From positions 396,738,001-396,802,000 of the forward strand of contig OZ024741.1 of NCBI GenBank assembly GCA_964016885.1: 64,000 nucleotides of DNA, given 5' to 3'. A program made the position numbers and the translations under genes. Origin of the DNA: Eledone cirrhosa. Lineage: Eukaryota. Under the pieces are notes generated by a model. The model saw nothing but the letters and a program-made list of their open reading frames with translations, did no database searches and was not told where the DNA came from. Shown piece by piece: positions 10,883 to 23,444 of this stretch. Each line of letters starts with the position of its first letter. The stretch's first letter is position 1.

Positions 10883-13152
10883 CTCGTCCACGCCGCTCTC
10901 ACCCGCGCCCGTGCTGTCCACCGCTCCACCACCCTCACCCCACGCCACCGCACACCCACCCACCGTCTCCCCTTCCCCATCACCTACCACCCCTCCACCA
11001 TACCCCTCCACCGCACCATCCTCCGCCTCTTCCGACGCCTCCAGTCCGACCCCTCCACTTCCCACATCTTCCCAGCCCCACCACTCCCCTCCTTCAAACG
11101 CGCACGCAATCTCCGCACCCTCCTCGTCCACAGCTCCCTACCCCCCAACCCACGCTCTCTTTCCCCCCGGTTCCTTTCCCTGTTCTAGGCCCCGCTGCAA
11201 CACCTGTCCCCACATCACCAACACCACCACCTTCCAGGGTCCTAACGGCCACTCTCTCTCTGTCCGGCATGCCTTCCGCTGCACCTCCTTCAACCTAGTC
11301 TACGGACTTTGCTGCACGGAGTGCAGCGCGACTTACGTCGGACAGACTGGACGTCGCCTGGCGGACAGATTTACTGAGCACCTCCGGGATGTTCGTCTCG
11401 GTGGTAGTTCCCCCATCGCCCGCCACTTTGGTGCCCCTGGACATTCCGCACACCATCTCACAGTCTGTGGCTTACTCCAATGCCACGGAACACCCGCCAA
11501 TCTCCTAAGAGTTGAACAACGAACCATCTTCATCTTACAGACCCACACTCCCCGCGGCCTGAACTCCCCACCCTTATTCCTTTAGCCTTCGAACCCCCCC
11601 CCCCCCCCCCCCCCCTCGCCCCACACATATCCCCCACTAACACCACTAACACACCCCTCCTTTTCACCGCCCACCCCACAACTAACAATACTAACACCTC
11701 CACTCCACCCCCTCATCTGACCACCTTTCCCCAACTAACATACTAACATCCCTCCCTTCTTCTCCTCCCCCTCCTTATCACACGCACAGACCCACCGGCA
11801 CATATATACACGCGCTCACACTAAACACACACTCTACTACCACCACTAACACTCACCCTCAGACATCCACCCCACCACCCCGCAACTAACATCACTAACA
11901 CCCCCTGACCCCAAGCACACGAACACACACACCCACTTACACCACCCACCCTACACGCAACTAACATCACTAACACCCCCAACCCTACGCACACGTACAC
12001 ACACACCCTCTTACACCACCCACTCTACACACCCTACCACCACTGACCCCCACTCACACCCGCATTCAACCCTTTCTCCACCTCCTGTATACTAACACCC
12101 ACTAACACCCCCTTCACCAAACACACACACCAGTACACTACACACCCTCCATCGGCCCACCACACCCTTTCTCAAACACTCACTCATCCCACTAACACCT
12201 CTACTAATACACACACACCGCCTCCTCACTCCAACTTTCACACCTACCCATCCTCTCCCCTGTCCACCGCACACACTGACACACCTTCACTTACCATTCT
12301 ACCCTACTGCTGCTATGCCCTCTGACCACCTCCCTGCACACACAGACACACAACACTCCTCCTGACTTGACCCTCTGACCACTTCCTGTTGCGCGCGCAC
12401 CCCACATCTCACCTCTTCCGACCAATCTCTTCACGGATTACACGTATGTGAACCTTGATCCCGAGAATCCACCACATCCCAGGATTTTACTAAGCATTCC
12501 ACCACATCTTTTTACGGAATTACCTTTATGCCCCACCGACACACACACCCCAAAACATTTTTTTCCCACACGCCACCTACACCCACAACACGCATAAACA
12601 CCACACACACACGTGCGTACCACCCCATATTTACACATTCAGCCTCCGGAATCCTCCCCCCCCCTCTATCCACACACGCACACACACTCCGACCTACACC
12701 CCACCCCCCACACACCTCTTCCTGAACATGCAACCCCGTTCTTCCCCCAACCCATGCTTTCACATACACACACACACACACGTACACCTACACACACACA
12801 CCACCTTTAGCCCTCCCCGCTCGGACACCCCGTCTCCCTCTCCCCACTCCACCCTCCACCACCCCTACACGCGCCACACCCTTCCACCACCTGTTTTACC
12901 CCATTTTAATTTTATTTTGATCATGCCTTTATTTTTAATTTCATTTGCACCGTTTCCTCTCACCCCCTTTTTGCTATATGTCTCTCCACCACTCCTCTAC
13001 ACACCCTTTGAACTCTCTTCCCACACACTTTTCACCTGAAGAAGGGCTTATGCCCGAAACGTCGTTCCTCACCACCACCCCACTCTCAAGAGCGTGAAAT
13101 TAATAAACATTTGTTTGTACTGCCTCTCTGTTTTGTTCCCGTTCAATTTTTC

Positions 13153-13155
<3 letters not shown>
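10883..13155 (+). mobile_element. 5'-truncated Penelope-like element, Neptune-type (thumb, Cys linker, GIY-YIG endonuclease, long C/A-rich 3' region, hammerhead)
   Basis: Frame of ORF 10814 gives RLPFPITYHP...SFKRARNLRTLLVHS. After a frameshift, the frame of ORF 10833 gives CSRPRCNTC...CTSFNLVYGLCCTECSATYVGQTGRRLADRFTEHLRD...GLN*, ending 11585. Both ends abut (TA)n; AATAAA near 13102. Confidence 0.88.
13034..13065 (+). ncRNA. Minimal hammerhead ribozyme in PLE pLTR
   Basis: AC-CTGAAGA-A-GGGC-ttat-GCCC-GAAA-CG-TC-GT: canonical core, palindromic ACGT mini stem III, very short stem I. Confidence 0.75.
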
Positions 13156-13201
<46 letters not shown>

Positions 13202-13206
13202 TATAT

Positions 13207-13980
13207 ATATACATATATATATATTTAATATTTATAAAAAGCACCAAAGAATCAATACGTTTTTAAACAAACACGTGTTTTTCAGCCGATAGAACTTCGT
13301 CTCTCACAAAAACACACAATACTAACGCAGACACTATAAACCACCTATATTTAAATTGACTATTGATGATATTGTATCACTTTTAATCTTGTGAAAGCAC
13401 ACCTGAAAAAGACTTGTAGGGAAACATAGTTCTCCCAGTGAGGTATACCTATATTAGTCGAGGACTTCCCATCATTTTGCATCCTATTTGAAATTCTTAC
13501 TCTCTATAATAGTTGATGTTGTCATTATTGTAATTGATATATATTTGAGTGAGTAATATGTGAAAATAAAATCTGATGTTGTCCATCTTGAACCAATTCC
13601 TGATGGTATAAAACCATAAGTAAATTTTGAAAAAAAAATCTTTTAATTTTTTTTTTTTGTTAAGAATTTAAAAACTCCTAATTATGTAACAATACGACAT
13701 TGAGACCAAATTGTATCGGCTGAAACATTTGTTAGTTTAAAAATGTATTGATTCTTTGGTGCTTTTTATAAACATTATATATCAGCTTGCGTGAACCTCA
13801 CTGCATCAAGCTTAGAACCCTCTGGTAAAGTTTCAACCTAATAATAACAATACTGTTATTATTAACTTCTTGCTGCCCCGATGTCTCTATACGAATGTCT
13901 AAGTATTTGTGCTCGGATAAATGGTGCTGAATCAAATTCCAATAAGAGAGTCTTGTGTGTATGTTAGAAACCGACTCTAT
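13207..13980 (+). mobile_element. Degenerate element with inverted ends (probable PLE pLTR with inverted partial copy)
   Basis: About 13207-13295 is the reverse complement of about 13700-13777 (TTTATAAAAAGCACCAAAGAATCAATAC / GTATTGATTCTTTGGTGCTTTTTATAAA). GCTGAAACA..TGTT resembles a hammerhead 3' half. Confidence 0.55.
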
Positions 13981-14011
13981 TGGAAAAATTTATAAAATTA
14001 TAAAACAAGAA

Positions 14012-14752
14012 CATACATACATGCATACATACATACATACATACATACATACATACATACATACATACATACATACATACATGGTGGTGGCTGCCAACTC
14101 GTTTTCGAGTACAGCCACTACTTTATATCCATGTAGGAGAACCCCTACCGATGTGCTGAACGAGTGTGACATTTTAGTCCAGCCAGCGACTTGAAAACTC
14201 TGGTACAAACACTACACTTGCGACAATGTTTGACACATAGTGCTGGGCCCATGGTACCATGTGACAAGTGCAGAGAAATCTCCAGATATAAAGCAATGCC
14301 TGTGCCGTGAAGCTTTTATAGTGAGCAAAGGCACTGTACAAAGCCAATCCCACTCTCTTAACCAAGATGATATTTACCAAAAAGAACAATTCAACATCAT
14401 TGGATACCATCAGGGTTGCAGGTGTTATATCAGAGTTTTCCTTCTCCTAGAATTCTGCCTTGACAAAGGCTAAGGGGTCATCTCTCCCGGTGATTTTGGA
14501 TGGCCATTGACTCTTAAAAGCTCCTTTGCTCTTTGACAGGTTTTGTTTTTAGTCCTGCAGGATGTCCAAAGTCACCTTCCTCACCAAGAAACCTTGGTGG
14601 GGTTGCCAGTTTAGTCGCCAACGACCCGACCATGAGACAGGTTGTACTGGGATACATGTTACCAGTAGCACCAATTAGTGACCTGAGATACATACATACA
14701 TACATACATACATACATACATACATACATACATACATACATACATACATACA
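14012..14752. repeat. Unclassified ~600-bp interspersed repeat flanked on both sides by (TACA)n
   Basis: (TACA)n at about 14012-14082 and 14688-14752 bracket a non-coding, more GC-rich segment. Confidence 0.5.
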
Positions 14753-14800
14753 TGACTGAGCACTCTGTCATGTATACATACAAGTATATATGATACTTAC

Positions 14801-14965
14801 AAAGCTGTACAGACGGCAGGGGCTTTTTACCCTTTTTGGGTATATGACAGAGCAATCTGAATCTTGATATTCCAGAACGAAATTTTTCTGCGTGTCAACG
14901 ATATTATTTCTTAAAGTGAAATCATCAGCTGTGATGTAGTTGAATGTGCCACACATTCCTCGAAT
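14801..14965 (-). CDS. Exon (165 bp), C-terminal part of VWD domain
   Basis: Acceptor TTCATTCAG, donor GTAAGT, phase 0/0. IRGMCGTFNYITADDFTLRNNIVDTQKNFVLEYQDSDCSVIYPKRVKSPCRLYSF carries the VWD G.CG.(F/Y)N...DDF signature. Confidence 0.92.
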
Positions 14966-14989
14966 CTGAATGAAAACAATGGTTTCTGA

Positions 14990-15197
14990 TTTAGGCACGA
15001 ATCCAACAATTTTTTGGGAAAGGGAAAGTCGATTAAATCGACCCCAGTGCGTGACTTGTACTTTATTTTATCGACCCCTTAAGGACGAAAGGCAAAGTTA
15101 ACCCCGGCGGGATTTGAACTCAGACCATGAAGGGCCGTAACTCTATACTGCAAAGCATGGCGTCCGACCCTCTACCGATACTGCCAATACATCGCCC
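14990..15197 (-). mobile_element. tRNA-derived SINE, family A
   Basis: Minus-strand B-box GAGTTCAAATCCCG followed by a CTTTGCCTTTC...GGGGTCGATAAA body; similar copies at 15550-15720, 17930-18110, 23810-23993 and 24005-24130. Confidence 0.7.
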
Positions 15198-15231
15198 TAA
15201 ACTGAACGAAAATAATAAAAACACTGCAGTA

Positions 15232-15534
15232 TATATTCTTTCTAAATACAGACACAGTATAAAGTCTCGAACTCAGAGGCTCAACAGGTCGGTCCTTATC
15301 CAGATTTCCGTGGTATGAAGCAACTGAGAATACAAGACTTCCCCTGGACAGGACGCCAGTCCATCGCAGAGTTAAACCCCCATCTATTGCTGATATTCAT
15401 TTTCAACTGAGTTTACTGGAGCAAAGTGAAATGAGATGTTTTGTTCAAAAACACAACACCCCACCCAGTCCGGGAATCGAACCCACGATATTTTGATCGT
15501 ACGTCCAACACCCTTACCACTAGGCCACGCGCCT
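15232..15534 (-). mobile_element. tRNA-derived SINE, family B
   Basis: Minus-strand A-box TGGCCTAGTGG (15527-15517) and B-box GGTTCGATTCC (15483-15473), then a TGTG..TTGA.CAA.AC central motif; related copies at 16275 and 23445. Confidence 0.78.
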
Positions 15535-15549
15535 CAACTATATAATACA

Positions 15550-15720
15550 GATACAAGGCCAGCAATTTTCTGAGAGGGGAAAATTAATTAAATCAATATC
15601 AGTTATTCACTGGTACTTTATTTAACGACTCTGGAAGGATGAAAGGCAAAGTTGATTTTGATGGGGTATAAACTCTGGACGTAAAGCATTTTTTCGACCC
15701 TCTGGCGCTATCATCAACCT
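15550..15720 (-). mobile_element. Degenerate SINE family A copy
   Basis: CTGGTACTTTATTT...GGAAGGATGAAAGGCAAAGTT shared with other copies. Confidence 0.6.
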
Positions 15721-16274
15721 GTAACTTTGACGTCACGTGAGAAAATATGGAGAAAGAGTTTCTTTTGTTGTATTTGTTGTTAGTGTTTAGCTCTAGGTCA
15801 TTCGTTTCCGCGTAGATCTATGGTGAAAGAATTCCAGTCTTAAGCTTTCAATTTTAAGTGGGTCGTTAGGTCTACGATATCTAATGTATCTTTTCGGTAT
15901 TTAAAGTTCAGTAGGTTAAGATTTAAAAAAAATTACAAATACGAACAATAATTCCAATGATATTAACCAAACGAAATTTCTGGAAATTTTAGACGAGTAA
16001 GACAGAAATAGATTTTGTCTATTACCTTTTTCACACCAAACAGTCTCAATCCGTCTCTGGTAGTATGAAACAAAATTACCCATTTTCATGTGTTTCTGCT
16101 TAAATTAAAAGATTCCAGCATAATCATTTCTTTTGTTACAATTACCATCTTACTATAGTAATGAAATAATTCATAATTTTAATAAACCTCCACTCCAATG
16201 TTTAATTAATTAAAATAGAGTGTATTTCATTAGGAATATGGTAACAAAAGGGTTAAAACCAACTCTCGTGAAAA

Positions 16275-16430
16275 CGTGGGGCTAAGTGGTTAGAGAATTA
16301 GATTTGTAATCGTGTGATTGCGAGTTCAATTCGCGGACCGGACGATGCGTTGTGTCCTTGAGAAAGACACTTTTATTCATGTTTCTCTTTCTGCCTGGAG
16401 TTGTGACTGGTAGATAGTATCAGCAACGGA
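16275..16430 (+). mobile_element. tRNA-derived SINE, family B-like
   Basis: GGCTAAGTGGTTAG (A-box-like), GAGTTCAATTCG (B-box-like), TGTGTCCTTGAGAAAGACACTT. Confidence 0.65.
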
Positions 16431-16751
16431 AAGACCAATAGAAACATTGGGTCCCTGGGTCCGATTTGACGAGTTCCACTCCACTTGGTAAAAAAATAAG
16501 ATCAGATCTTGTCGATCGCTGTTTTGATCCTCTCGGCAAATTATATTCAATTTAGTTATCAATACTTCAAGATGATCAGTGTACATAGAAATCAAATATT
16601 AATTCATAGGAAAATGAGAAAACTCATCGCTAGAACAGCTGTTTAAACAGCTAAACACTGTCAATGACAGCGATGGGCAAACATTCCTCAGAAGAGAGAG
16701 ACCAGCGGTCAGTAGTCAACAGAGAGACAATGAACGATGTACAAGACAAGT

Positions 16752-17095
16752 TCATCATCATCATCATCAATTTACGTCCGCTTTTTCCCTGCTTGCAAGG
16801 GTGGGATGGGTCCTATTCAGCACAGCATCTCTCCACTTGTCACGGTCCTTCGTCATCTCCTCCGTGAGCTTCAGCGATCTGAGGTCTGCTCTCACCACCT
16901 CCGCCATGTTTTTCATGGTCTTCTTCTACTGCGTCTTCTTTCCACTGGGATTTCTTGGCACTTCTTTACCCAGTGGTCATCACATGAGCATCACATGTCC
17001 ATGCGCATCACATGTCCATACCATCTCGGTCTCCTCTCCTGCACACCACAACTTATCCCTCTTATACCCAGTTTCTCTCTCAACTCATCTATGCT
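16752..17095 (-). mobile_element. Degenerate RTE-clade LINE 3' end
   Basis: (GAT)n tail on the minus strand at 16752-16768; minus-strand remnants translate to RWYGHVMRMD and RPWKTWR motifs. Confidence 0.65.
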
Positions 17096-17265
17096 TGGTT
17101 CATACACATATACTCACCCTCATCAACTCTTGAACCAGCAAAATGGTTTCGCACGATTTAATTGAGAGTACCATTTTAAAATGATGGCTCGTGCAACAGA
17201 ACAATAAATCTTTCTGCTGGTATGATGTGTGTATGATCAAACAAACAGAACAGATATTTACTTAC

Positions 17266-17583
17266 CTTTGAAGCGAAAACAGGATCAACAGTGATGGTTA
17301 TTTGTGTGTTAGGCTTATAAAGTATATTTAAATAGTTCATGTTGATGAGAAAGAATTCAGATGTCACGCGTTTGATGTAGATGTCATTGGAAACGAAAGG
17401 GAAGGTGTTGATAGTTTTGGTGTTAACGACAGCAATAGTGTTAGACATTTCAACTGACAATTTCGCTGACTGAATAGTAAAACCTTTCACACAATTTGTT
17501 CCAGCAACCATTTTAGATTGACACGGTTCGAACGTAGCTTCTATTTTTATCCTCGTTCGTTTATCTATGACGTTAGACAGAGG
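17266..17583 (-). CDS. Exon (318 bp), central VWD domain
   Basis: Acceptor TTCTTACAG, donor GTAAGT, phase 0/0. Open frame of 106 codons, PLSNVIDK...EPCQSKMVAGTNCVKGFTI...ITITVDPVFASK, joining in frame with both neighbouring exons. Confidence 0.88.
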
Positions 17584-17929
17584 CTGTAAGAACATGGAGA
17601 CGAGATTTTAGCTTTTCATAACTTTCAGACCTTATTTGCATGAAAAATAATAGTTAGGTTAATAGTAACATATTTGATGAGAGAGGAAATTAAAACAAAC
17701 TAACTGAAAACAACATACGTTAACGACGTACTCTCGGATCCCCAATAATGGGGACAGTTGGAATAACTGTGTTTGGGGGTCGGGGGTCGGTAATCTTTTT
17801 AGGTTGTCTCCGTTGATTAAAAAAACAAAACAAAGAGAATTAGTCGTGGAGACCCCAACCCATCTTATTTATTTTATAACATATGGGATTTCTAGTAATG
17901 TACTTTTTCTGTCAAATATAATTGTTTTT

Positions 17930-18110
17930 ATTTTTGGCACAAAGCCAGCAATTATCATAGTATATTACTGGTACTTTATTTTATCGACTCCGTAAGGATG
18001 AAAGGCAAAGTTAACCTCGGCGGGATTTGAAATCAGACCATAAAGGGTCGTAACTCTTTGCTGTAAATCATGGCGTCCGCCCCTCTACCGATACTGCCAA
18101 TACACCGCTA
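17930..18110 (-). mobile_element. SINE family A copy
   Basis: Closely similar to 15055-15197 (GGCGGGATTTGAA.TCAGACCAT.AAGGG...CTCTACCGATACTGCCAATACA). Confidence 0.72.
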
Positions 18111-18719
18111 ATTAATGGTAGCAGGAATGGTACCACTTAAAATAACATTTTGCCAGAGATAGATTAGCAAAATTTAATAAGTGTGTGTGTGGGGGGGGGG
18201 GGGGGGGGGGGGTATTCGAGACCCGTAAGTATTTTGATTGTTTTGGCAAGTACAGGAAAGAAATTCAGACATGTTTTGGTCTCATTACGACTTCAACATA
18301 GTTATTGAAGCAGTGACGGGAGAGTTCCGACGTAAATTTACAGCGATGCACACTGGGAAATGCAGAAAAAAGAAACAGCTTACAGAATGTTAGTAACATT
18401 ATTTATCGGCTAAGTAAAGAGGTCAAGGAAAGTGTCGAGTTGAGTAACCTCATTATTGTACTACTGCAGAAGGTGCTTGGCTATGTGCTACCAACTGACC
18501 AAGTGAAGGCCTCCCTCGATAGGAAGTCTGAAGAAAGGCGTAGGAAGCAAGGCTAGATGGCACTAGCCGTCAGCTTTCAAAATTCATAGCTAAAAGGGCT
18601 TTGAAATTGTTTATTTGTAAACGTACCATATATCATTAGATATACAAAATTCACGTACTTACATATATGTATACAGCTATGTCGGAGCGAAAACTTTAAT
18701 AATATAATATAAATATCAT

Positions 18720-18787
18720 GCTATATATATATATATATATATATATTATAAAACAACAGGAGGCTGGACTGGTGTAATTCCTTAAAG

Positions 18788-18842
<55 letters not shown>

Positions 18843-18883
18843 TTTATATACATTATATATATATGTGTGTGTATATATATGTA

Positions 18884-18951
<68 letters not shown>

Positions 18952-18998
18952 TACATATATATACATAAATATATATATATATATATATCCATAAATAC

Positions 18999-19052
<54 letters not shown>
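18720..19052. repeat. Compound (TA)n/(CA)n/(TG)n microsatellite
   Basis: Direct reading. Confidence 0.9.
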
Positions 19053-19056
<4 letters not shown>

Positions 19057-19619
19057 ACAGGGAGAAAGAGACGATTATTAGGAAGAAAAAAATATTTTGT
19101 TTTTCTTTTTTGTTTCTCTCTCTCTTTTTTCTGGGTTAGAAAATGATTAAAACGAAATGTTTTACTTTGTGTGAAGTGTTAAGGTATTAGTTGATTTATT
19201 TATTATTTAACAATGGCATTTATTTATCTATTTATCTATTTAATTATTGTCTATTACCGGTTTCAGTATTTTTATGCATTATCAAATGATAGTGAAATGT
19301 ATTAGTGTGGTGTCGCACATGTTAAACAGAAGGTGCAGAAAGAATAATGTTATTTTCAAACAAGGTTTATGAAGTGAAAAGGAAAAAGAAAAAGGAAAAA
19401 GAACGTGCATAATGTAGAACATAAAAAGTCAATGTGGAAGAAAAGATAATGTTATTTACAAGCAAAGTCATTGAAGTTAAGCAGATCAAAATGTGTTAAT
19501 ATAGCAAGAGTGCTTAGTTGATCCATGATTATGTATATGTATATGTATACATATACATATACATATATATATATATATGTATATATATGTGTGTATATAT
19601 ATATATACATATACATATA

Positions 19620-19644
19620 TATATATATCAACTAGAAATTGATT

Positions 19645-19713
<69 letters not shown>

Positions 19714-19735
19714 ATATATCAACTAGAAATTGATT

Positions 19736-19794
<59 letters not shown>

Positions 19795-20150
19795 AACATA
19801 TGAAACAATCACAGGGAATAATTTGTGTGAAAATCCGAGATTTGACTACTGTGATTTACCGATTGATGGTGAAATATATTTCTTTATTTAATGAAATATA
19901 TACAAAGGAGATTAATCATTTTTTAAAAGGTTTTTAAAAATATTTGAAGTTCTAGTTAAACTTTAATTAGTTACCTACCTAGCTGTGCGTGCTTACACAC
20001 TTTACAAATTATTCCCTGTGATTGTTTCATGTGTTTATTTTAAATATATATATATATCAATCAATTTCTAGTGGATATAAAATGCTCGGATCTATTCATT
20101 GGAATATTCTGCAGTGGATATGGCACGTGTCTCTCAGACATGACACCCTT
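19620..20150. mobile_element. Degenerate element with inverted duplicated end (probable PLE pLTR remnant)
   Basis: About 19715-19826 (ACTAGAAATTGATTGA-(TA)n-AAAATAAACATATGAAACAATCACAGGGAATAATTTGT) is inverted at about 20004-20078. Confidence 0.5.
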
Positions 20151-20191
20151 AATTTAATTTTGGATACACACACACACACACATCATCATTA

Positions 20192-21087
20192 TCTATGAAA
20201 GGCAGATTGTTGTTGTTGTTGTTGTGTGTGTGTGTGTGTGTTTGTGCATGTTCCGTGTTTATACATTTGCACAATTTCAAACCGATTCGACTCAAAGTCT
20301 GTAAGAATGTTGTAAATGGTCTAACTGAGGTCAACGACTATTTATTTCATTCAAACTCACCCACAATTACGGAAATAATCGATAAAACTAAATACATGAC
20401 GCTTTACCCCTCTCTACTCCTCTTCAAATTCGATAAAACTACATATATGCTTACAAACTTCCTTTAGGAACGCCGAAGAGAGCGAGAGAGAGAGAACGTT
20501 TGTTTTTGAGTGTGGAACAGTCAAACATTTATTTACTTCAATGACAAAGAGAACTTATTACATTTCATACGAAACAACAATTATTCAAAAGCAACAGATA
20601 AATTTATCAACAACAAAAAAACCCAGCGATAAATCTTTTTAAAAACCTCTCAACGAACGTGGAAGAAAGAAGTATCAGTTCATTGTAATATACAATAATA
20701 TACTCTATGAGGTCACTAAACCTGATAGAAACAGCAGCTAACTCTCCCCCATATCACACCCCTCCCTACTGTCTTAAATTTAGAAAACACACATTAGACA
20801 ACCATGCAGAACAACTCCATCGCATCTCTGTTGTTCGGCTGGCATCGTCTACGCGCGTGTTGCGCAAGTACTGTAAAACAATATATTTCAACACTTCTTT
20901 GCACAGAGATAATATCCATAGGCGAAACTACAAATGTCACAGCTGGCGCAGCTCCTGCTTCGGCAGTCCAGGTCTGCAATCCATTCACCCAGTGCCTGGC
21001 AGACAAAAAAGTACTGCCATAAAATGGGTGGTGCAACCTAACTTTGGTAACTTACTGACCCCGAGCAACGCCGGGCTTTAATGCTAG
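20192..21087 (+). mobile_element. Non-autonomous Helitron
   Basis: 5' A|TC followed by a (GTT)n(GT)n microsatellite. 3' hairpin CCCG-AGC-AAC-GC-CGGG (21060-21075), then 8 nt, then CTAG|T. No TSD. The 5' boundary is approximate. Confidence 0.7.
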
Positions 21088-21094
21088 TATATAT

Positions 21095-22065
21095 ATATAG
21101 CCCAGTATTAGCCCAGGCCATGTCTAACTTAATAGCACCACCTGGCGAAGTCTTACAAATCAGTGTTTGGGTACCATGGCCCACTCGAGCAGAGAGTTAT
21201 TGTTTACGGAGGCATATCCGGGTGTAGGAGGCTTATCCGGGATTTCTTGAAGGAATTTATCCAAAGACTTCTTGAACTTGATGGGGTCTGTCTCTGCTTT
21301 GATGTGTCTTGGTGTAATGTTAAAGAGTGCAGGGCCAATTGAGGCGAAATAATTTTGCCGTATTGTTGTTATGTGATGCGAGTGAGATTTTTGTCGTGGG
21401 CGGATAGCACGGGGCTCAAGCCTTGGGTGTACGCTAAAGATGATGCCAACATCATTTGGGCTAAGCTGATGGAATATTTTCCACATCATACAGATAATGT
21501 AGCGCTCACGGCGACGTTGAAGAGAATAAAGTTTGAGCTTTTCTAATCGACTCCAATAGTCAAGGCCTGTCATTCCATCTATCTTTTTTGTAATTGACCT
21601 TTGGGGTGCTTCAACTTTCATGATACTTTGTTTCGTGTGGGGTGACCACAGTGGACAACAGTATTCAAGTTGGGGTCGGGCAAAAGTGGAGAAGAGAAGG
21701 ATAACAGTGTAGATATCTCTCGACTGGAAAGTTCTCAGAATCCAGGAACACATTCTGGGGCCATATCAACTTTGCTGTTTATATGAGTTGTCCACAATTA
21801 CTCCCAGGTCTCTGATGCTATTAGATGCCACTAGAGTTTCACCCGAAGGAAGAGAGTATGGTAGTTTCAGGGCATCCTTTTTTCCAAAGTGGATTAATTC
21901 AAATTTATCTTCATTCAACAGCATATTATTCATTTCTGCCCTTTGGATAACAGCCAGTAGGTCTGACTGAAGGCAAGTCCGGTCACCCACCTCATTGATG
22001 ACCCTTTGGAGCTTGGAATCGTCTGGGAAGTTTCTGATGTTGCTGTGCTTGATGATGTCAGTAAT

Positions 22066-22068
<3 letters not shown>
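21095..22068 (-). mobile_element. CR1-like LINE 3' fragment (RT C-terminal region), frameshifted
   Basis: [10 protein letters not shown]...LQSDL...KFELIHFG...IRDLGVIVD, then RPQLEYCCPLWSPH...QRSITKKI...RLEKLKLYSLQRRRERY. 5' end truncated at (TA)n. Confidence 0.88.
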
Positions 22069-22139
<71 letters not shown>

Positions 22140-22182
22140 TATATACATATATATATACATATATATATACATATATATATAC

Positions 22183-22245
<63 letters not shown>

Positions 22246-22355
22246 CATATATATATACATATATATACATATATATATATACATATATACATATACATAT
22301 ATACATATACATATACATATATACATATACATATATACATATACATATATATACA

Positions 22356-22413
<58 letters not shown>

Positions 22414-22470
22414 CATATATATACATACATATATACATATATATACATACACATATATATATATAGATAC

Positions 22471-22501
<31 letters not shown>

Positions 22502-22587
22502 CATATATATACATACATATACATACATACATATATATATATACATATATATACATACATACATACATACATATATATATATATATA
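22069..22587. repeat. (TA)n/(TACA)n microsatellite
   Basis: Direct reading. Confidence 0.96.
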
Positions 22588-23123
22588 AGAAATAAGATTT
22601 TGCTTCAAGCATAGTTTTATACAATATGTATAAATATTTCGTATCTTCAAAGAAATACGGTTTTAGGAAGCCGTAGCTATGCAAACACCTAGGTATATAT
22701 ATGCATGTAAAAGGTAAACAGAAATAACAACAATCGGTACAGTATATGCAAAGTATATATTAGGTTAACGCTTACTTATGTATATATATACATATGTATA
22801 TATATATGTGTGTATATATATATTGAAACGTAATCCTGGCATATGTATATGCATTTTTTCTTCTAACTTAAATTTATACTAATTGTGTATGGTTGACGGT
22901 ATATTTAATCGATTTCCACGTGCTATTGAAATGTTGGGTAAATATTCTATGGCGGTTGATCGCGAATAAATTCCTGTCGTTTATTTATCTACTATTTCTT
23001 CATAGGTGCCTTTTAATCTTATAGCCTGGTTTAATTGATTTTTTTGTGTGGTTGATTATGCTAATTGGGAGAGGAAATGGTGTATATATATTATCAAATG
23101 ATTCTATGGACATACTTTATAGC

Positions 23124-23173
<50 letters not shown>

Positions 23174-23232
23174 ATGTATATATACAGCGCTTATTTCTCT
23201 TTATTTTAAATCATTAAAAGAAAAAAACTCAC

Positions 23233-23374
23233 TTCAATCAAAGTATATTTACAAACACCTGGGTTCAATTTAAATACATTTCCATCAAAAGTCTTGAACA
23301 ATCCTCTAGCCGTAATCGCACATTTTGAAGGACATTTTAAATCTGTACATTCCCATCGTCCAAATTTACAGGCA
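23233..23374 (-). CDS. Exon (142 bp), start of VWD domain with preceding Cys-rich segment
   Basis: Acceptor TTCTTCCTAG, donor GTGAGT; phase 2 in, phase 0 out. ACKFGRWECTDLKCPSKCAITARGLFKTFDGNVFKLNPGVCKYTLIE shows the C..G.W.CT...CP..C......TFDG.......C.Y.L signature. Missed by the ORF track. Confidence 0.92.
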
Positions 23375-23444
23375 CTAGGAAGAAGAAAGAAAGGAAGAAA
23401 GTGGTTAATGAATTTATATCGATGAAGTCTGATAGGTAGGAGTG

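Noticed and set aside
11821-13039. Short V/C/G-rich and H/T/P-rich ORFs
   Set aside because: Low-complexity C/A-rich 3' region of the PLE; compositional artefacts.
15455-15534. tRNA gene (also 16275 and 23445)
   Set aside because: A/B boxes are present, but the sequence continues into a shared SINE body, copies are divergent, and no clean cloverleaf or terminator is evident.
17176-17595. Stand-alone 139-aa gene
   Set aside because: It is the 318-bp internal exon plus intronic read-through on either side, bounded by strong splice sites.
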